50,053 bases of DNA, taken from NCBI GenBank assembly GCA_035622455.1, contig DASPVG010000058.1, positions 1 to 50,053 of the forward strand. Reading direction: 5' to 3'. The position numbers and the translations under genes were made by a program. This DNA is from Terriglobales bacterium (GTDB lineage Bacteria > Acidobacteriota > Terriglobia > Terriglobales > Acidobacteriaceae). Within the stretch, counting starts at the first letter, position 1; each line of letters begins with the position of its first letter. Shown here piece after piece: positions 48,234 through 50,053 of the stretch. The notes under the pieces are model-generated. The model was not told the DNA's origin. It was given only the letters and a program-made list of their open reading frames with translations, and did not search any database.

Positions 48234-49822
48234 TATGCGCTTTTCCAGCCGCCGCCGCCCGGGGTTTCCACTCGTATCCTCTGCCCCTTGCGCAGGCGGA
48301 GATTGAACTTCCCCGGGAGCGGCTGTATGGAATTATCGCGGCGCACGATCGCTGCCTTCCCCGGCAATCCGTCTCCTCCCCCCCATAAACCATAGGGACC
48401 ACGCAGATGCCGGTCCGCGAGCAGAGTCACCTCAGCATCGGCCCGCACTTCGATCTCGCGGACCATGCCATCCCCTCCAGGGTGTTTCCCCGGCCCTCCG
48501 CTCCCCGCACGTAAGCCGTACCGGCGTACTCGCAGGGGATAGGCATACTCCAATGCCTCGGCCGGTGTATTGAGCGAGTTTGTCATATGCGTATGTATCC
48601 CCGAAACTCCCGCTTTTGTCGGGCGCGCCCCCATCCCACCGGCGATGGTTTCGTAGTAAGCGAAAGGTTCGCGAGTTCGGGGATCCATTCCGCCGATGGT
48701 CAAATTATGCATGGTTCCCGCGGCCGCCGCCGGAATCCGCTGGGGAATCGCTTTCGCCAACGCCCGCAAAAGTACATCGACGATGCGCTGCGATGTTTCC
48801 ACATTCCCGCCTGCCACCGCGGCCGGAGGACGGGCATTGACGACTGTCCCTTCCGGGGCGATGATTTCGACCGGGCGCATCAGCCCGGCGGTAGCCGGAA
48901 CAGATTCCGCCAGCAGGCACCGGAATACGTAGAAGCACGCGGAATACGTGATGGCCTCGACTGCATTGATGCTGCCTTCCACCTGCGGATCGCTGCCCGT
49001 GAAATTGACCATGACCCGAGGACCTTTCCGTTTCCCCCTCCCCAGGAACTCGATTCGAACGGCGATCTTCACCGGTCGTGTGCCGATCCCGTCATTATCC
49101 AGGAAGTCTTCCGCCTCGTAGAATCCGCGCGGAACTTGGTCCAGAAACACGCCCATCATCTTTTCCGAGTAGTCCAACAACTCTCGGGCCGCACGCTTCA
49201 CCCGGGCCACACCATAGCGGGAGCAGATTTCCCCCAGCCTTCCTACCCCGGTATGACCGGCCGCGATCTGCGCTCCCAAGTCGCCCTCGCGTTCCCGCGG
49301 AGTGCGCACATTGTTCAAAAGCAGGGCGAGAACCTCGGATGCAAGAACCCCGCCGCGCATGATTTTCATCGGCGGAATCCGCAGCCCCTCCTGATAAATC
49401 TCCCGGCAGAGACCCATGGATCCGGGAAAGCTGCCGCCCACGTCGGCGTGATGGGCGCGGGAGGCAAGATAGAAATCCGGCCGCCGGCTCTTGCCGGAGG
49501 AATAGAAGGGGGTCAGCAAGGTGATGTCGGGGAGGTGGGTCCCCCCGCGGAACGGGTCATTCAGGATGGCGACATCCCCCCGTTCCAGAGGAAAACTGTT
49601 CAGCAGGGCACGTACCGACTTGGGCATCGAGCCGAGATGCACGGGCATGTGATCGCCCATGGCAACCACTTCCCCTTGGCCGTCGAACACTGCACAGGAG
49701 TAGTCGCGCCGCTCTTTGATGTTGGGGGAGAAAGCAGTGCGGCGGAGAGCCGCGCCCATTTCCTCCGCCACCGAGTGAAAGATGTTCTTGAAAATCTCTA
49801 GCTCAATGGGATCCGCGAGCAT
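48233..49822 (-). CDS. hyuB: hydantoinase B/oxoprolinase family protein
   Basis: DPIELEIFKNIFHSVAEEMGAALRRTAFSPNIKERRDYSCAVFD...MPVHLGSM. 529 aa. Confidence 0.88.
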   Translation of the reverse strand: MLADPIELEIFKNIFHSVAEEMGAALRRTAFSPNIKERRDYSCAVFDGQGEVVAMGDHMPVHLGSMPKSVRALLNSFPLERGDVAILNDPFRGGTHLPDITLLTPFYSSGKSRRPDFYLASRAHHADVGGSFPGSMGLCREIYQEGLRIPPMKIMRGGVLASEVLALLLNNVRTPREREGDLGAQIAAGHTGVGRLGEICSRYGVARVKRAARELLDYSEKMMGVFLDQVPRGFYEAEDFLDNDGIGTRPVKIAVRIEFLGRGKRKGPRVMVNFTGSDPQVEGSINAVEAITYSACFYVFRCLLAESVPATAGLMRPVEIIAPEGTVVNARPPAAVAGGNVETSQRIVDVLLRALAKAIPQRIPAAAAGTMHNLTIGGMDPRTREPFAYYETIAGGMGARPTKAGVSGIHTHMTNSLNTPAEALEYAYPLRVRRYGLRAGSGGPGKHPGGDGMVREIEVRADAEVTLLADRHLRGPYGLWGGGDGLPGKAAIVRRDNSIQPLPGKFNLRLRKGQRIRVETPGGGGWKSA

Positions 49823-49894
49823 GGTGCAAACAAGTTTACGACAATCCGGCGGTCCGCAATCGCCCGCAGGGCAACCCGGGCGCGAAGAATTCTG

Positions 49895-49923
49895 TTGACA
49901 ACGACTCTAATCCCCCGCAATAT
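49895..49923 (+). promoter_or_regulatory. candidate sigma-70-type promoter (TTGACA, 17-nt spacer, CAATAT)
   Basis: Read directly. The -35 is a perfect consensus and the -10 is only 3/6. Lies about 85 nt upstream of the micro-ORF. Confidence 0.15.
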
Positions 49924-50007
49924 CTGGATGTGAACGTTGCCGCCGGTGACTCAAGCGGCCACGCTCGGATTCGCTTGCAAGGGAAAATCGTTCACGGAGG
50001 AAACTTC

Positions 50008-50049
50008 ATGCCAGCCAAGAAAAAAGCTGCGAAGAAGAAGAAACACTGA
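50008..50049 (+). CDS. 13-codon lysine-rich micro-ORF (MPAKKKAAKKKKH)
   Basis: GGAGGA SD ends 6 nt before the ATG, and an in-frame TGA lies at 50047. The window ends 4 nt later, so downstream context is unknown. Confidence 0.2.
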   Translation: MPAKKKAAKKKKH

Positions 50050-50053
50050 TCGA

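Noticed and set aside
48587-49801. 404-aa plus-strand ORF
   Set aside because: It is antisense to the hydantoinase B family gene, with no recognisable motifs and composition typical of a shadow ORF.
1-50053. CRISPR arrays, IS elements, integrases, toxin-antitoxin pairs and known phage-defence genes
   Set aside because: I looked for regularly spaced direct repeats, terminal inverted repeats and transposase, integrase, nuclease or ATPase signatures in all ORFs and spacers, and found none. The only long repeat is the intragenic RND tract.

Overview
This is a GC-rich, tightly packed bacterial chromosomal segment with about 45 protein-coding genes. The gene content (DUF4136 lipoprotein, DUF1572/DinB protein, Tat-exported SpdH-like flavoprotein, tandem RND pumps) suggests an Acidobacteriota-type soil bacterium, but that assignment is inference only. 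Most of the window is core metabolism and envelope functions.

Genes from left to right:
- Coding-poor stretch of about 1.1 kb containing half a tRNA.
- Divergent MarR/VOC pair.
- Long minus-strand run: VOC, BKACE, a split two-domain CMD gene, a membrane protein, a DUF4136 lipoprotein, a polybasic hypothetical and a split ChrA pair.
- OMF-MFP-RND-RND efflux operon.
- Sugar-nucleotide supply genes: a nucleotide-sugar dehydrogenase, kdsB, a PMM/PGM, manC and manA.
- An aminotransferase and coaD.
- Sensor kinase, OmpR-type regulator and ECF sigma factor.
- treS, a GT-A glycosyltransferase and a TM-helix membrane protein.
- S41-like protein, PBP1A and a PASTA protein.
- aroC-def-fmt-rsmB.
- An orphan NarL-type regulator, tdh, a DinB-like protein and hyuB.

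I found no CRISPR array, transposase, integrase, phage gene or recognised defence system, and no complete RNA gene.

The best candidate for something undescribed is the co-directional module of a catalytically dead CtpA-like PDZ protein, a class A PBP and a membrane-anchored triple-PASTA protein. Other points worth a second look:
- A 237-nt near-identical tract shared by the two RND paralogues, consistent with gene conversion.
- A 1-nt frameshift splitting the two-domain CMD gene.
- An orphan 5' tRNA half.
- An uncharacterised three-gene block beside the chromate transporters.
- A treS-linked glycosyltransferase and membrane-protein pair.

All functional calls rest on motif and family recognition by eye. 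No database search was run.
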